A DNA stretch of 64,000 nt from Candidatus Omnitrophota bacterium (lineage in GTDB: Bacteria; Omnitrophota; Gorgyraeia; Duberdicusellales; Duberdicusellaceae): positions 2,813 through 66,812 of the forward strand of contig JAFGCB010000024.1 in NCBI GenBank assembly GCA_016932855.1, read 5' to 3'. Positions within the stretch are counted from its first letter, which is position 1. Every line of letters begins with the position of its first letter. The notes beneath the pieces are model-generated. The model did no database searches and was not told the origin of the DNA. It was given only the letters and a program-made list of their open reading frames with translations. The translations under genes and the position numbers were made by a program. Below, piece after piece: positions 1-10,075 of this stretch.

Positions 1-4
1 GAAT

Positions 5-610
5 TCAAAAATAAAAATTCGATTTTTTAAATAAAACTTGCCAGTCTTTGCGTTGGAAATCAGCTTTAGCGATAGAAGCACAGTTGTAATTAAGGAAAAG
101 ATATCGGGCAAGTTGTGAGATTGATTTGGCTTTTGTTTTTTTAAGACTGGTGTTATCGATCAGATAGTAGCAATCCTCATCTTTGAATACGCATATTGCA
201 TGACTTTTGAACAAGCGCAGCAAGGCCAGGACTTCAGGTTCAAATCCCAGCGCTTTTAAAACCGCTTTGTGCAGAAAAGCCAGATCTTCGCAGTCGCCAC
301 CTTTAGTTTTAAGAGTATCAATAGGGTCAGACCAGGAATCAGTTTTTTCATCGGCCCTGTATTTTAGGTTTTTGCTCAGCCAGCCTGCGTAGTCTCGGGG
401 CGTAATGATTTTATTAAAGGTAAGAAGGTGCATGATTTCCTCATCAAGGGGATCCGGCCGGGATATCAGCAAGCCTGCTTTTTCGAAGCGCTGCTGGCTT
501 ATGCGCATATTTACTCCTGAACCGGAAGTCTTTTCTCTGGCCGGCAAATGGTTTTGGAAAATCACCAGGCTTAAAATGATACAGCTAAACCAAACCTTAA
601 AACGCCTCAT
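5..610 (-). CDS. secreted transglutaminase-like cysteine protease domain protein
   Basis: 201 aa ORF with N-terminal signal peptide; KGGDCEDLAFLHKAV resembles the transglutaminase-like Cys core, with downstream His and Asp. Confidence 0.4.
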   Translation of the reverse strand: MRRFKVWFSCIILSLVIFQNHLPAREKTSGSGVNMRISQQRFEKAGLLISRPDPLDEEIMHLLTFNKIITPRDYAGWLSKNLKYRADEKTDSWSDPIDTLKTKGGDCEDLAFLHKAVLKALGFEPEVLALLRLFKSHAICVFKDEDCYYLIDNTSLKKTKAKSISQLARYLFLNYNCASIAKADFQRKDWQVLFKKSNFYF

Positions 611-616
611 TACTTT

Positions 617-1087
617 TTAACCTTTTAAGTGCTTTTTAATCTCGCGCCGGGCTTCGCGTTTTGTGTATTCTTCTTTTATTTTCCGGCGCTTATCATAGAG
701 AAGTTTTCCTTTTGCCAAGGCGATCTCGATTTTTACAAATCCCCTTTCGTTAAAATATACCTTAAGAGGAATAAGGGTATAGCCTCTTTGCGAAGTCAGG
801 CCCCACAAGCGGTCGATCTCTTTTTTGTGGAGCAGAAGCTTCCGGGGCCTTCGGGGATCGCTTTTAAAGTAGGATGATTTGATGAATTCCGGTATGTGCA
901 TATTGTAGAGTATTGCCTGGCCGTTTTCAACCCGGGCGTAACTTTCCTCGATGCTGCCTCTTGACCAGCGCAGGGATTTTACTTCATCCCCTTTTAAGGC
1001 TATCCCGGCTTCATAAGCGTCGAAGATTTCGTAATTTTTTCTGGCTTTGCGGTTTGTCGCGATTACCTTACTTTCTTTTTTAGTCAT
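617..1087 (-). CDS. smpB: SsrA-binding protein SmpB
   Basis: 156 aa; KNYEIFDAYEAGIALKGDEVKSLR and the C-terminal basic tail are typical of SmpB. Confidence 0.9.
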   Translation of the reverse strand: MTKKESKVIATNRKARKNYEIFDAYEAGIALKGDEVKSLRWSRGSIEESYARVENGQAILYNMHIPEFIKSSYFKSDPRRPRKLLLHKKEIDRLWGLTSQRGYTLIPLKVYFNERGFVKIEIALAKGKLLYDKRRKIKEEYTKREARREIKKHLKG

Positions 1088-1144
1088 TTAAAGCTTTTGG
1101 TCTTAAGTCTTTTTTAAGGGTTTATAATCGAAGGTTTAATAAGC

Positions 1145-2104
1145 TTAAAACGCGATTCGAGAAAAAACCCGTATCCAGAAAGGTACGGTTATAAGCGAAA
1201 ATACATGAGTAAAGAATACAATTTGAGAAGCATAACCGAAGTCAGCGCCTTTCCATTTCGTCACTATCGGCAATGACGCTGCCGAAGGCATCGCAGCTTC
1301 TAAAATAATAAAAAGCCCTAAAAGCCCTGCTATTTTTAAGTTTGCCACCAGGATTATAAAAATAAAGGGAACCGCGACGAGTTTAAGCGTTGATATAACC
1401 ACGGTATTTAATAGAAGTCTGTTATTTATCTGCGAAAAACCGGCCCTAGACAGACCCGCGCCCAATACCAGCATTGATAAGGCAAAGCTCATATGTCCTA
1501 TCATTTTCATGGGTGACAGCATAACTTCCGGCAGCATGCCGGCGGGGATGATTCTCCTGACCGCAAGAGCGATTATTATTGCCAGCACCGGCGGGTTCAG
1601 CAGAGATTTTAAGTCGAAGTTTTCGCTTTTCTTTTTAAATATAAAAAAGCTTCCCACTGACCACATAAGGATATTAAAGCCGAGAATATACAAGAATATG
1701 TATCCCAAGAGCTCATCTTTTTGCGGTGATGAAAACAGAAAATAAACTATGTTCATGGGAAGATATCCGCAGTTCTGAAAGGCTAAAAGGGCTATGGTTT
1801 CCTTGGAAAAGGATTTGTCTTTAACCAGCCACGTATAGAGTATCCCCAGGGTTAGCCCCACCAGAAAAATAACTATGCTTAATATAATAAATATCCATAC
1901 TGATGGGCCAGAGCTTAGTATGGGGTTTTCAACCAGATTAGTAAAAATTAAACAAGGGACGCATATTTTTATTAAAAAATCAGTCAGGAAATTGACCCCG
2001 GCCTCAGTAAGAGTTTTTTTTCGATATAGAAAGAAGCCAAGCCCGGCCAGGATAATAAGCTTGGTTATTATGGAATAAATATTGAGAAGCGATGCGTCGT
2101 GCAT
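1145..2104 (-). CDS. AEC (auxin efflux carrier/malate permease-like) family membrane transporter
   Basis: 319 aa polytopic membrane protein with two hydrophobic halves, the AEC-family architecture. Confidence 0.6.
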   Translation of the reverse strand: MHDASLLNIYSIITKLIILAGLGFFLYRKKTLTEAGVNFLTDFLIKICVPCLIFTNLVENPILSSGPSVWIFIILSIVIFLVGLTLGILYTWLVKDKSFSKETIALLAFQNCGYLPMNIVYFLFSSPQKDELLGYIFLYILGFNILMWSVGSFFIFKKKSENFDLKSLLNPPVLAIIIALAVRRIIPAGMLPEVMLSPMKMIGHMSFALSMLVLGAGLSRAGFSQINNRLLLNTVVISTLKLVAVPFIFIILVANLKIAGLLGLFIILEAAMPSAASLPIVTKWKGADFGYASQIVFFTHVFSLITVPFWIRVFSRIAF

Positions 2105-2221
2105 TTCTTTTAATATTGAACCTAATTATATCAGAAAAGAGTTGATTTAAAAAGGCCAATTGATACAATAAATAAGCTAACCCTTGCTGGCAGCGGCGTT
2201 TTTTTTGGTCCCCTGAATAAA

Positions 2222-2305
2222 GCCGGGGTGGCGGAATTGGCAGACGCGCAGCGCTCAGAACGCTGTGGTCGAAAGGCCTTCGGGGTTCAAATCCCCGCTC
2301 CGGCA
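2222..2305 (+). tRNA. tRNA-Leu (anticodon CAG)
   Basis: Cloverleaf read by eye: acceptor GCCGGGG/CTCCGGC, anticodon stem CAGCG/CGCTG with loop CTCAGAA, long variable arm, T-arm GGGG-TTCAAAT-CCCC; a TTGATT-N16-TACAAT promoter-like element sits about 75 bp upstream. Confidence 0.85.
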
Positions 2306-2340
2306 TTATTTTTCGAAGCAAGAATCCAATATTGAATTAG

Positions 2341-3327
2341 TTGAAGAATACAAGGCATTCAGCGCGATTTTACGGGCTTGTTTTGTTGTTATTTGTTTGT
2401 CTAGGCATATCTTGCTATTTTATCGATAATCCCAGGCCTGCTAGCGTTACTTCGGGAATCCCTTCTTCTTACCAACCTCCCACAGATAGCCAGATCATAG
2501 AAGACTTGCTCGAAAGTCCTTTAAAAGTATTTTTCCTGGAGATTTTAACCCTGCTTATTATTTTCGGGATTATAGCCGGATTGCTTATAGATTTTAAATT
2601 TGTCGTTGAAGTGGTGAAGGCAAAAACCTTGGGGTTTTCTGAAAAATTTCCCGGTTTTCCGGTTAACCTTTCGACTTTCCTGAAAGTTTCGCTCTTAATG
2701 GGTTTTTTTTACCTGGCTTTTAAGTTTGTTCAAATTTATCTAAATTACTTTTTTCCGTCCCGGGTACTTTCGATCGCAATCACATTTAACGGTCTTTTTG
2801 AAATCGCGTCGATTATTTGCATAGTTTCTTTTTTTGGAGAAAGAAATATCTTTTCAGGCAGAGTTTCGATTAACCTTTTTACATCGGCCCTCAGGACATA
2901 CATCGGAATTTTGCCTATTTTGCTGGGCGTTTTGCTTTTAAATATTTTGATATTTAGATTTTTTAAGATTGAGCCCGAGTATATGCAGCCGGTCAAGATA
3001 ATTTTTCAAGAGAAGAGCCTTTTTAACGTTGCGCTTTTATTGCTGGAAGGAGCGATCTTCGCTCCTCTATTTGAGGAGCTCTTTTTCAGAGGTTTGTTTT
3101 ACGGCCTTTTAAGGAACAGATTTTCAATTGGTTTTTCCGCGTTGGCAAGCGGGTTATTCTTTTCTTTACTTCACCAAAACGCTTTTGCTTTTCTGCCTAT
3201 ATTTATTCTAGGCTTAAGTTTTGCTTTTCTGTATGAACGGACAAAGAATATATTCGTTCCGATTTTACTCCATGCCTTTCACAATTCTTTTATCCTCGTG
3301 CTTATTTTCATCATAAAGCCCTGGTAA
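2341..3327 (+). CDS. CPBP family intramembrane metalloprotease (CAAX protease-like)
   Basis: 328 aa multi-TM protein with FEELFFRG and HAFHN motifs. Confidence 0.8.
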   Translation: MKNTRHSARFYGLVLLLFVCLGISCYFIDNPRPASVTSGIPSSYQPPTDSQIIEDLLESPLKVFFLEILTLLIIFGIIAGLLIDFKFVVEVVKAKTLGFSEKFPGFPVNLSTFLKVSLLMGFFYLAFKFVQIYLNYFFPSRVLSIAITFNGLFEIASIICIVSFFGERNIFSGRVSINLFTSALRTYIGILPILLGVLLLNILIFRFFKIEPEYMQPVKIIFQEKSLFNVALLLLEGAIFAPLFEELFFRGLFYGLLRNRFSIGFSALASGLFFSLLHQNAFAFLPIFILGLSFAFLYERTKNIFVPILLHAFHNSFILVLIFIIKPW

Positions 3328-3440
3328 CCTCCAGGAATTAAAAGTCGCAAGTCTTGCTTGCCCCGTGGCGTAGCTTTACGGGGCTTGCCCCTTGACGAGC
3401 GTCAGGGAGTTTTGCGGGGAGCTTTTGGTTTTAAGTCTGA

Positions 3441-4244
3441 TTAATCGTTTATTATATCCTGAAATTCCAAAGGCAGGCCCAGTAATTGTTTTATTGATCG
3501 TATCCTCTGAGATATGTAGGGGTGGGTGCGGAAATAGGATATGGGACGGGGTTTTTCCTCCCGGTTTTTTTCCCGTAGCTTATTTAAAACGTTGATTCCT
3601 TCTTTGGGATCAAAACCGGCCTTTTCAGTGTATTTGACAGCTAATTCGTCAGCCAGAAGTTCGTCTTCCTGCGAATATTCGCTCATTATCGTGGCGAATA
3701 TCAAATCTACTCCCTGGGCTCCGGAGATATTCCCTGATGACGGCACCTGGGAAGCGGCGAGAAGAAGAAAGTTGTATCCCAGAGCCGCTTGCAGCTTTTT
3801 TATATGATGTCTGGCGACTATATGTCCGATTTCATGAGCCAAGACAAAAGCTATCTGGTCGTCATTATCAAGCATATCCAGAAGACCCCTGTAGACATAG
3901 ATATAACCTCCGGGCAGGCTGGCGGCATTTATTTCATCCTTTTCGTCGATCACTCCGAAATAATAATTTATTTCTTTTCGGTCACAGACATCAGAGACCA
4001 TGCGCCCGATCTCAAAAATTTTATTTGTTATCCGAGGGTCTTTAAATATAGGCAGTTTATTTTCGACTGATTTGGATACGTTACGGCCGAGATTTACCTC
4101 TTTTTCGGTAGAATAGAAGAATATATCTTGCTGGTGAGTCGCGGTGTTGTATTCAGTGGTGATGCAGCCATAAAGGCCGAGGCCACAAAGCATTAAAATA
4201 AAAATGGTCCGGGAAGGTATGATTTTATTATTCGGTAAATTCAC
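3441..4244 (-). CDS. M48 family zinc metallopeptidase, probable lipoprotein
   Basis: HEIGHIVARH HEXXH motif; signal peptide with LMLCGLGLYGC lipobox-like segment. Confidence 0.8.
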   Translation of the reverse strand: MNLPNNKIIPSRTIFILMLCGLGLYGCITTEYNTATHQQDIFFYSTEKEVNLGRNVSKSVENKLPIFKDPRITNKIFEIGRMVSDVCDRKEINYYFGVIDEKDEINAASLPGGYIYVYRGLLDMLDNDDQIAFVLAHEIGHIVARHHIKKLQAALGYNFLLLAASQVPSSGNISGAQGVDLIFATIMSEYSQEDELLADELAVKYTEKAGFDPKEGINVLNKLREKNREEKPRPISYFRTHPYISQRIRSIKQLLGLPLEFQDIIND

Positions 4245-4779
4245 GAAGTTTGAACAGGGATTGTAGCGGGCAGCCGTAGCCGGAAAGTGCTTCCCCGGCG
4301 CCCTCTTCTCTGTCTACGACCACAAAGGCTTTTGTAACGTTTATTTTTAAGGTGCGCAGTTTCTGGATTGCTTCAACCAGGGATTTGCCGGTCGTGGCGA
4401 CATCGTCGATTATAATAACTTTTGAGTTCTTGGGTATGTTTGGGCCTTCAATTATTTTAGCCCGGCCGTGTTTTTTGGCTGATTTTCTAACAATAAATGT
4501 CTTAAGGCATTTCCGCTTAATGTGAGCGTGGTAGGCCAGGCTGGAAAGTATGGGATCAGCCCCTAAAGTCGGACCCCCGACAGCGGAAAATTTCTCTTTT
4601 TCAAGTTCTTTCCAGAGAAGGTTCGCGATTAAAAACGCGCCTTTGCTTTTAAGGCTTATTTTGCGCACGTCGACATAGAAGCTGCTTATTTTACCTGAGG
4701 AAAGAAGTATGCGTTTTTTAAAGAAAGCTTCGTTATATATAAGCTTAAATAAATCTCTTCGCAAATCTTTTTCATTCAT
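4228..4779 (-). CDS. pyrE: orotate phosphoribosyltransferase
   Basis: PRTase motif VIIIDDVATTGKS; length 183 aa. Confidence 0.85.
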   Translation of the reverse strand: MNEKDLRRDLFKLIYNEAFFKKRILLSSGKISSFYVDVRKISLKSKGAFLIANLLWKELEKEKFSAVGGPTLGADPILSSLAYHAHIKRKCLKTFIVRKSAKKHGRAKIIEGPNIPKNSKVIIIDDVATTGKSLVEAIQKLRTLKINVTKAFVVVDREEGAGEALSGYGCPLQSLFKLREFTE

Positions 4780-4896
4780 AGCCGCCTATTGTAACGCGTC
4801 TTTGAGCCGAAGTCAATCGTCGACTTGTCGTGGCTTTACGGCACGCAAGTAGCGACAAAAAGGTTTACAACAGCGGCTTTCATGTTAAAATAGTCT

Positions 4897-5640
4897 GTGA
4901 TTTTCACTGAGTACGCGAAAGGGTTGTTGGATGTCTTGATTCCCAGGGCTTGTCTTCGTTGCGGAGTTAAACTTATTAAAAAGTCCGCTCTTTGTGATAA
5001 TTGCTTGAGCTTTAAAAGGAATTTTCCCCCTTTTTGTCCAAGGTGCGGTCAGGGTATATCCGCGGGATTTAAGACAAAGACCTGTCCGCGCTGTTTGCGA
5101 ACAAAATTTTATTTTGACCGGAATTTAAGCCCCTTTTTATTTGAAAGCCCTTTGACGGAGCTTATCCATTTATTCAAATATCAGGGCTTCGACAATTTAG
5201 GCCTTATTTTCTCGGAAAAATTAGCCCTTTTTATACGAAGTCTAAATTTAAGGCTTGATAATTACGATTTCATAACCAGCGTTCCTCTTCACCCTCGGAA
5301 GCTGCGGGAACGCGAATACAATCAGAGCAGAATTTTAGCCGAAAATATAGGTTTAAAATTCGGGTTACAATTTTTTCAGGCATTAGGCGTAAAGAGATAT
5401 TTGAAAAGCCAGGTGACCAGGACTTATCGGCAGAGGCAAACCGAGCTCAAAGATAATTTTTATCTAAAGGCAGATGTTTCAGGAAAGCGGCTTGTCCTGG
5501 TGGACGATGTTTTTACAACCGGAGCAACGGTTTCGGAATCCGCCAAAGTCTTAAAGGAAAATGGCGCCTCGGAGGTTTTAGTTTTAACTCTGGCTATTAG
5601 AAAGCCTCAGTATCAAAAAAGCGATGAGAATAATACGTAA
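4897..5640 (+). CDS. comF: ComF family protein (PRTase-like competence protein)
   Basis: N-terminal CxxC...CxxC zinc ribbon; C-terminal PRTase motif VLVDDVFTTGAT. Confidence 0.75.
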   Translation: MIFTEYAKGLLDVLIPRACLRCGVKLIKKSALCDNCLSFKRNFPPFCPRCGQGISAGFKTKTCPRCLRTKFYFDRNLSPFLFESPLTELIHLFKYQGFDNLGLIFSEKLALFIRSLNLRLDNYDFITSVPLHPRKLREREYNQSRILAENIGLKFGLQFFQALGVKRYLKSQVTRTYRQRQTELKDNFYLKADVSGKRLVLVDDVFTTGATVSESAKVLKENGASEVLVLTLAIRKPQYQKSDENNT

Positions 5641-6694
5641 CTATTTTTTAAGCGAGTTTTTCAGTAACTTTTTCTTTTCTTTCCTGATTATTACCTTTTT
5701 TATGGTTTTGGGAAATTTAATGGTATTGCCCGACCTTATTATTCGTAAGGGTATAGGCGTAATCGCTGCCTTTCAGATTTTTATCTATCGCATGCCTTAT
5801 CTTCTTATCTATACTTTACCTTTATCGTGCCTATTGGGAGTGCTTTTGTCGATGGGCAGAATTTCCGCCGATAATGAAATAATAGCCCTTAAGGTGGCCG
5901 GAATTGCTTTTTCCCGGATTTTAGCGATGTTTTTTGTTGTGGGTCTTATTATTTCCTTATTTTTAATTGTTCTTAACGATTCTTTTATTCCTCGGGTCCA
6001 TTTTGCCTCCCGCAAGCTTTACAAGCAGGTAAGTAAAGAAAACCCTTTTATTTTCATTGAACCGGGCTCTTTTGTCGAGTTCAACGAATATAAACTTTTT
6101 GCCCAGGATATAGAGCGGAATTCTCTTAAGAAAGTCTTCATCTATGAGCTTAAGGAGGGTTCTTCTAATGTTATTTATGCTGATGAGGGTGATTTTGTGA
6201 TTGACGAGTCGCTCTTGAAGATAAAGCTTAAAGACGGATTTATCGAAGGACCGGGCATGAAATATCGAATACATTTTAAGAATCATTTTATGCATCTGCC
6301 TATTGAGAAGGAAGGTGCGAAGGCTTCCAAAAAGGCAAAGGATATGGGTATAAAAGAGATTAAAAGAAAGATTGAGCGCCTTGAACAGGAAGATATTGAT
6401 CCCCTTCCTCTTCGGGTGGAATTCCATAGGAAGATAAGCCTTTCGTTTTCAAGCGTGGTTTTTGTTCTTTTAGGATTTGGGATAGCCGGTATAGTTCGCC
6501 ACAGAGAGAAAAACATAAACATAGGTATTTGCATTTTGGTTGGCTTGCTGTACTATTTTCTGGCTGATGGTCTGGACGTGGGTAAACTCCTTGCATTTAA
6601 GGGAATAATGCCGGCATTCTTGTCGATGTGGACACCGAATATAGTATTTCTTGCTATCGGAGGTTATTTTTCGTATAAAATATGCGTATCATAG
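5624..6694 (+). CDS. lptF: LPS export permease, LptF/LptG (YjgP/YjgQ) family
   Basis: 356 aa; 3 TM + periplasmic domain + 3 TM; paired with a downstream paralog. Confidence 0.7.
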   Translation: MRIIRNYFLSEFFSNFFFSFLIITFFMVLGNLMVLPDLIIRKGIGVIAAFQIFIYRMPYLLIYTLPLSCLLGVLLSMGRISADNEIIALKVAGIAFSRILAMFFVVGLIISLFLIVLNDSFIPRVHFASRKLYKQVSKENPFIFIEPGSFVEFNEYKLFAQDIERNSLKKVFIYELKEGSSNVIYADEGDFVIDESLLKIKLKDGFIEGPGMKYRIHFKNHFMHLPIEKEGAKASKKAKDMGIKEIKRKIERLEQEDIDPLPLRVEFHRKISLSFSSVVFVLLGFGIAGIVRHREKNINIGICILVGLLYYFLADGLDVGKLLAFKGIMPAFLSMWTPNIVFLAIGGYFSYKICVS

Positions 6695-7770
6695 ACAGAT
6701 ATATATTTAAACAAGTTACCTCAGGTTATGTCCTGTTGCTTGTAGCCTTTTTATTCCTTTACGTAATTATCGACGCTTCTAGCCAGCTTCAGGACATACT
6801 TAAAGACAAAATACCTTTTTTAATAATCCTTAAATATTATCTTTTTTTTCTGCCCCAGATATTTATAGTAGTTTCGCCTTTTTCGTTTCTTCTTTCTTCC
6901 TTGTACTGCATAGGCGTGCTCAATAAAGACAATGAGATAATTTCTTTACGGACCCAGGGGATGAGCGTGCTCGGCATTGCCCAGGTGTTTATTGTCTTGG
7001 CTATTTTTTTAAGTTTTGTTTCTCTGTTTCTGGAAGACCAGATTATTCCCCAAAGCTACGGCCAGCTTAAGCAAATCCGCGGTTACAAAGAATTGAAGCT
7101 TAAAGAAGATGAAATCGTTGAAAAATTCGCGTTTTATTCCTCGGAAGGATATGTGGTATTTGCCCGGGATTTCAATCTTAGCCAGCGTACATTGAACAAT
7201 GTTAATGTTTTTGTTCAGGATGAAAAAGGCAATATCACCCATGAAATAATCGCCGAAAAATTAGTCTATCGCGCAGGATCCTGGAATTTTATAAATGCCT
7301 CCTTTTATATGCTTGTCGAAAATCGATTGATGCCCGGAAGCCCTAGTTTTATGGAAGAAAGAGAGCTGGATTTGTCGGATACCCCCCGGGAACTTTTTGA
7401 GAAATCTAATATGCGCTGGCAGGATTTATCTTTGAAGGATATCCAGAATCAAATTTCGAAATTAGCTGCTTGGAAAGCAAGAAAGATTATAAACTCCCTG
7501 CGGGTTGAATTTCACCGCAAGATCGCTTTAAGCTTCTCCACTTTTTTCATGCTTTTAGGAAGCCTTCCTTTCGCCTTGAAGATTAAAAAACGCCAGGTCG
7601 GCCTTTCAAGTCTGGGCCTTGCGTTTTTTACCGGTTTTTTGTACTACGTGATGTTTTCTTTAAGTTCGCCTTTAGGTAAAGTCGATTTTTTCTTTCCCTG
7701 GTTATCCTGCTGGCTTCCTAACGTATTCTTCGGTATTTCCGGTGCTGTAGGCCTTTACACTCTTACCTAA
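6682..7770 (+). CDS. lptG: LPS export permease, LptF/LptG (YjgP/YjgQ) family
   Basis: 362 aa paralog of the upstream gene, overlapping it by 13 bp; C-terminal SLRVEFHRKIALSF matches LRVEFHRKISLSF of the upstream gene. Confidence 0.7.
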   Translation: MRIIDRYIFKQVTSGYVLLLVAFLFLYVIIDASSQLQDILKDKIPFLIILKYYLFFLPQIFIVVSPFSFLLSSLYCIGVLNKDNEIISLRTQGMSVLGIAQVFIVLAIFLSFVSLFLEDQIIPQSYGQLKQIRGYKELKLKEDEIVEKFAFYSSEGYVVFARDFNLSQRTLNNVNVFVQDEKGNITHEIIAEKLVYRAGSWNFINASFYMLVENRLMPGSPSFMEERELDLSDTPRELFEKSNMRWQDLSLKDIQNQISKLAAWKARKIINSLRVEFHRKIALSFSTFFMLLGSLPFALKIKKRQVGLSSLGLAFFTGFLYYVMFSLSSPLGKVDFFFPWLSCWLPNVFFGISGAVGLYTLT

Positions 7771-8876
7771 ACGTAAATTCTTTTTATATCGCTGGCAAGT
7801 CCGGTGAAGATTTCGTAAGGAATGGTTGCGGATTTCTCGGCAAGTTCCCGGGCAGTAATTTCTTCGCTTCCGCTTTTACCGATTAAAACGGCGGTGTCGC
7901 CGATATTTACATTACCCTTTAAGGGGCTTAAGTCTATAACTATGTGGTCCATGCACACCCGGCCTAAAACCCGGCAGCGCCTTTGTTTTATCAAGGCTTC
8001 GGCTTTTCCGGAAAGCCGCCAGGGATAACCATAAGCATAACCGCAGGCTAACACTCCTGCCAGGGTATCTTTTTTTGTTTTAAAAGTATTGGAGTAACTC
8101 ACAAAAGAATTTTTTGCTATTTTCTTAATGTGTATAATCCTTGATTTAAGACTAAGCGCAGGTTTTAGGTTTATTTTCAAGTGAGGGTCCGGCTTCGCGC
8201 CGTAAAGAAGCAGACCCGTTCTTACCATATTTAAGTGCGCATGCTTAAAGTTTACCAGGCCTGCGCTGTTGCAAAGATGCAAAATTGCAATAGGTATATT
8301 TTTTTGCTTAAGTCTTTCAATTAAGGCTTTAAATCTCTTTATTTGAAGATTAGTAAATTGCACGTTGCTTTCGGCTGATGAAAAATGCGAGTAGAGACCT
8401 TCGATCTTTATATTTTTAAGGCTGTATGCTTTTTCGATAAAAGATTGGGCCGTTTCGTATTTAAGCCCGAGCCGGCTCATTCCGGTATCCACCTTAATGT
8501 GTATTAAAGCTTTAATATTGCATTTTTTTGCGCTGTTGTTAAGGTGTTCAAGCAAGCTTTCCTCCATTACCGTAAAGCGCACTTTTTTCTTTATATAATA
8601 AGCCAGATTCTCGTAAAGAATAATATTGCTTAAGATTAATAAGGGAGTTGTAATTCCGGCTGCCAGCATTTTCCGAGCTTCGTTAAGGCTGTTAATTCCC
8701 AGGAAATCAACTTTTTCTTTTTCCAAAACTTCGGCTATCTTTATAAGTCCGTGGCCATAGGCGTTTTGTTTGATTACTCCCATTATCTTTGTTGAGGCCG
8801 GAATTTTTGCCCGCACACGTTTTAGGTTTTGCGAAATATTCTTCAAGCTTATCTCAATCCAGATATTATCATTCAT
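7767..8876 (-). CDS. alr: alanine racemase
   Basis: PLP-lysine region VIKQNAYGHG; 369 aa. Confidence 0.85.
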   Translation of the reverse strand: MNDNIWIEISLKNISQNLKRVRAKIPASTKIMGVIKQNAYGHGLIKIAEVLEKEKVDFLGINSLNEARKMLAAGITTPLLILSNIILYENLAYYIKKKVRFTVMEESLLEHLNNSAKKCNIKALIHIKVDTGMSRLGLKYETAQSFIEKAYSLKNIKIEGLYSHFSSAESNVQFTNLQIKRFKALIERLKQKNIPIAILHLCNSAGLVNFKHAHLNMVRTGLLLYGAKPDPHLKINLKPALSLKSRIIHIKKIAKNSFVSYSNTFKTKKDTLAGVLACGYAYGYPWRLSGKAEALIKQRRCRVLGRVCMDHIVIDLSPLKGNVNIGDTAVLIGKSGSEEITARELAEKSATIPYEIFTGLASDIKRIYV

Positions 8877-8898
8877 GCGTTATGCCTTTAATTGAAGG

Positions 8899-8916
8899 AC
8901 GCTAATTTCCGCGAAT
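8899..8916. repeat. intergenic motif A copy (ACGCTAATTTCCGCGAAT)
   Basis: Exact 18-mer; related copies at 19525, 33040 and (reverse complement) 16508. Confidence 0.6.
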
Positions 8917-8934
8917 TTAAAGACTAATTCGAGT

Positions 8935-9603
8935 TCAACGTTTTCTAATTTGACAGGTTTCAGGGTGTAAGTATAACGGTTCAAGCGCGCCGACATCAAT
9001 GAAATTTTTATTTGCGTATTCTTCCTCGCTTTTCGGCACAAGATTGGCGGCCGTGGGGTAGCTTAGACCTTCGGTTATATGAGCATCGGGATGTATTTTT
9101 TCTATCCCTTCTTTAAATTTTAGACTTTCCCCGCAGAAAATACAATCTTTATCCGTAAATTTTTTTAAGAATTCCTCTAAGGGCATGAGTTTAGGCTTTA
9201 CGCGGGCTTTAATCCTATTTTTTGTTTTTGTATAAACCGCCCCGTAGATTAGGGTTTTTTTTGCGTCAGTAATTATCACTGTTTTTTTACCCGGGCAGGA
9301 TATTTCCTGGGCAACGGCAATAAAGCTTGAAAGGCCGATTATCGGCTTTTTCAAAGCCGCGTGAAAGCCTTTGACAGTGCTGCAGGCGATTCTTAGGCCT
9401 GTAAACGAACCCGGTCCCAGCCCCACGGAAAAGGCATTGATTTCGTTGATATCCAAGCCGGCTTTATTTAAAAGTTTATCGGTGATCGGAATTATCTCTC
9501 TTGAGGCGTCAGAGGCGGCGGTATTTTCTTGAAATATTTTACCTTGTTTGCATAAAGCGATGCTCAGACTGGGAGTTGAGTTCTCTATGACTAGGATGTT
9601 CAT
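8935..9603 (-). CDS. tsaB: tRNA t6A biosynthesis protein TsaB
   Basis: YeaZ-like inactive Kae1 paralog, 222 aa; adjacent to tsaE. Confidence 0.8.
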   Translation of the reverse strand: MNILVIENSTPSLSIALCKQGKIFQENTAASDASREIIPITDKLLNKAGLDINEINAFSVGLGPGSFTGLRIACSTVKGFHAALKKPIIGLSSFIAVAQEISCPGKKTVIITDAKKTLIYGAVYTKTKNRIKARVKPKLMPLEEFLKKFTDKDCIFCGESLKFKEGIEKIHPDAHITEGLSYPTAANLVPKSEEEYANKNFIDVGALEPLYLHPETCQIRKR

Positions 9604-9613
9604 ATTATTTAGG

Positions 9614-10075
9614 TTAGGGTATCGGTTTTAGTTTAGATAATTTTTTCATTAGGCCGGCCGTATTGGCGCTTATGGTTATTTTTCTTGAAGTAAGAGATTT
9701 TAGCTCGATATGTATTTTAAAACAGGCCCCTTTGATTTCGATTTTATCAGCCCATTCGATTAAGACTAATCCTTTTTTATCTGAAATTAGTTCGAAAACT
9801 TCGTCGGGTATTTGTCTTGAGTTTAAGCGGTATAAGTCAACATGGTAAAGGGGAAGCCTGCCTCGATGTTCCTTAAGAATAACAAAGGAACTGCTGGTTA
9901 CTTCATCAGGCTTTATTGCGAAACTTTCGGCAATCCCTTTTATGAAAGTGGTTTTTCCCGCACCAAGCCTGCCCTGGAAGCCCACCACATCGCCCTTACT
10001 CAGGATTCGGGAGAATTTGCGGGCTAAGACCAGGGTTTGGCCCAGGTTCTTCGTTACAAACTTTTTCATAGACAA
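9614..10075 (-). CDS. tsaE: tRNA t6A biosynthesis ATPase TsaE
   Basis: Walker A GRLGAGKTTFIKG; 153 aa. Confidence 0.85.
   Translation of the reverse strand: MSMKKFVTKNLGQTLVLARKFSRILSKGDVVGFQGRLGAGKTTFIKGIAESFAIKPDEVTSSSFVILKEHRGRLPLYHVDLYRLNSRQIPDEVFELISDKKGLVLIEWADKIEIKGACFKIHIELKSLTSRKITISANTAGLMKKLSKLKPIP

Noticed and set aside
3330-3440. Possible riboswitch or ncRNA in the GC-rich spacer between the convergent CPBP and M48 genes
   Set aside because: The structure is explained by two convergent terminator-like hairpins (GCCCCGT...ACGGGGC and CCCTGACG...CGTCAAGGG), and no conserved riboswitch core is recognisable.
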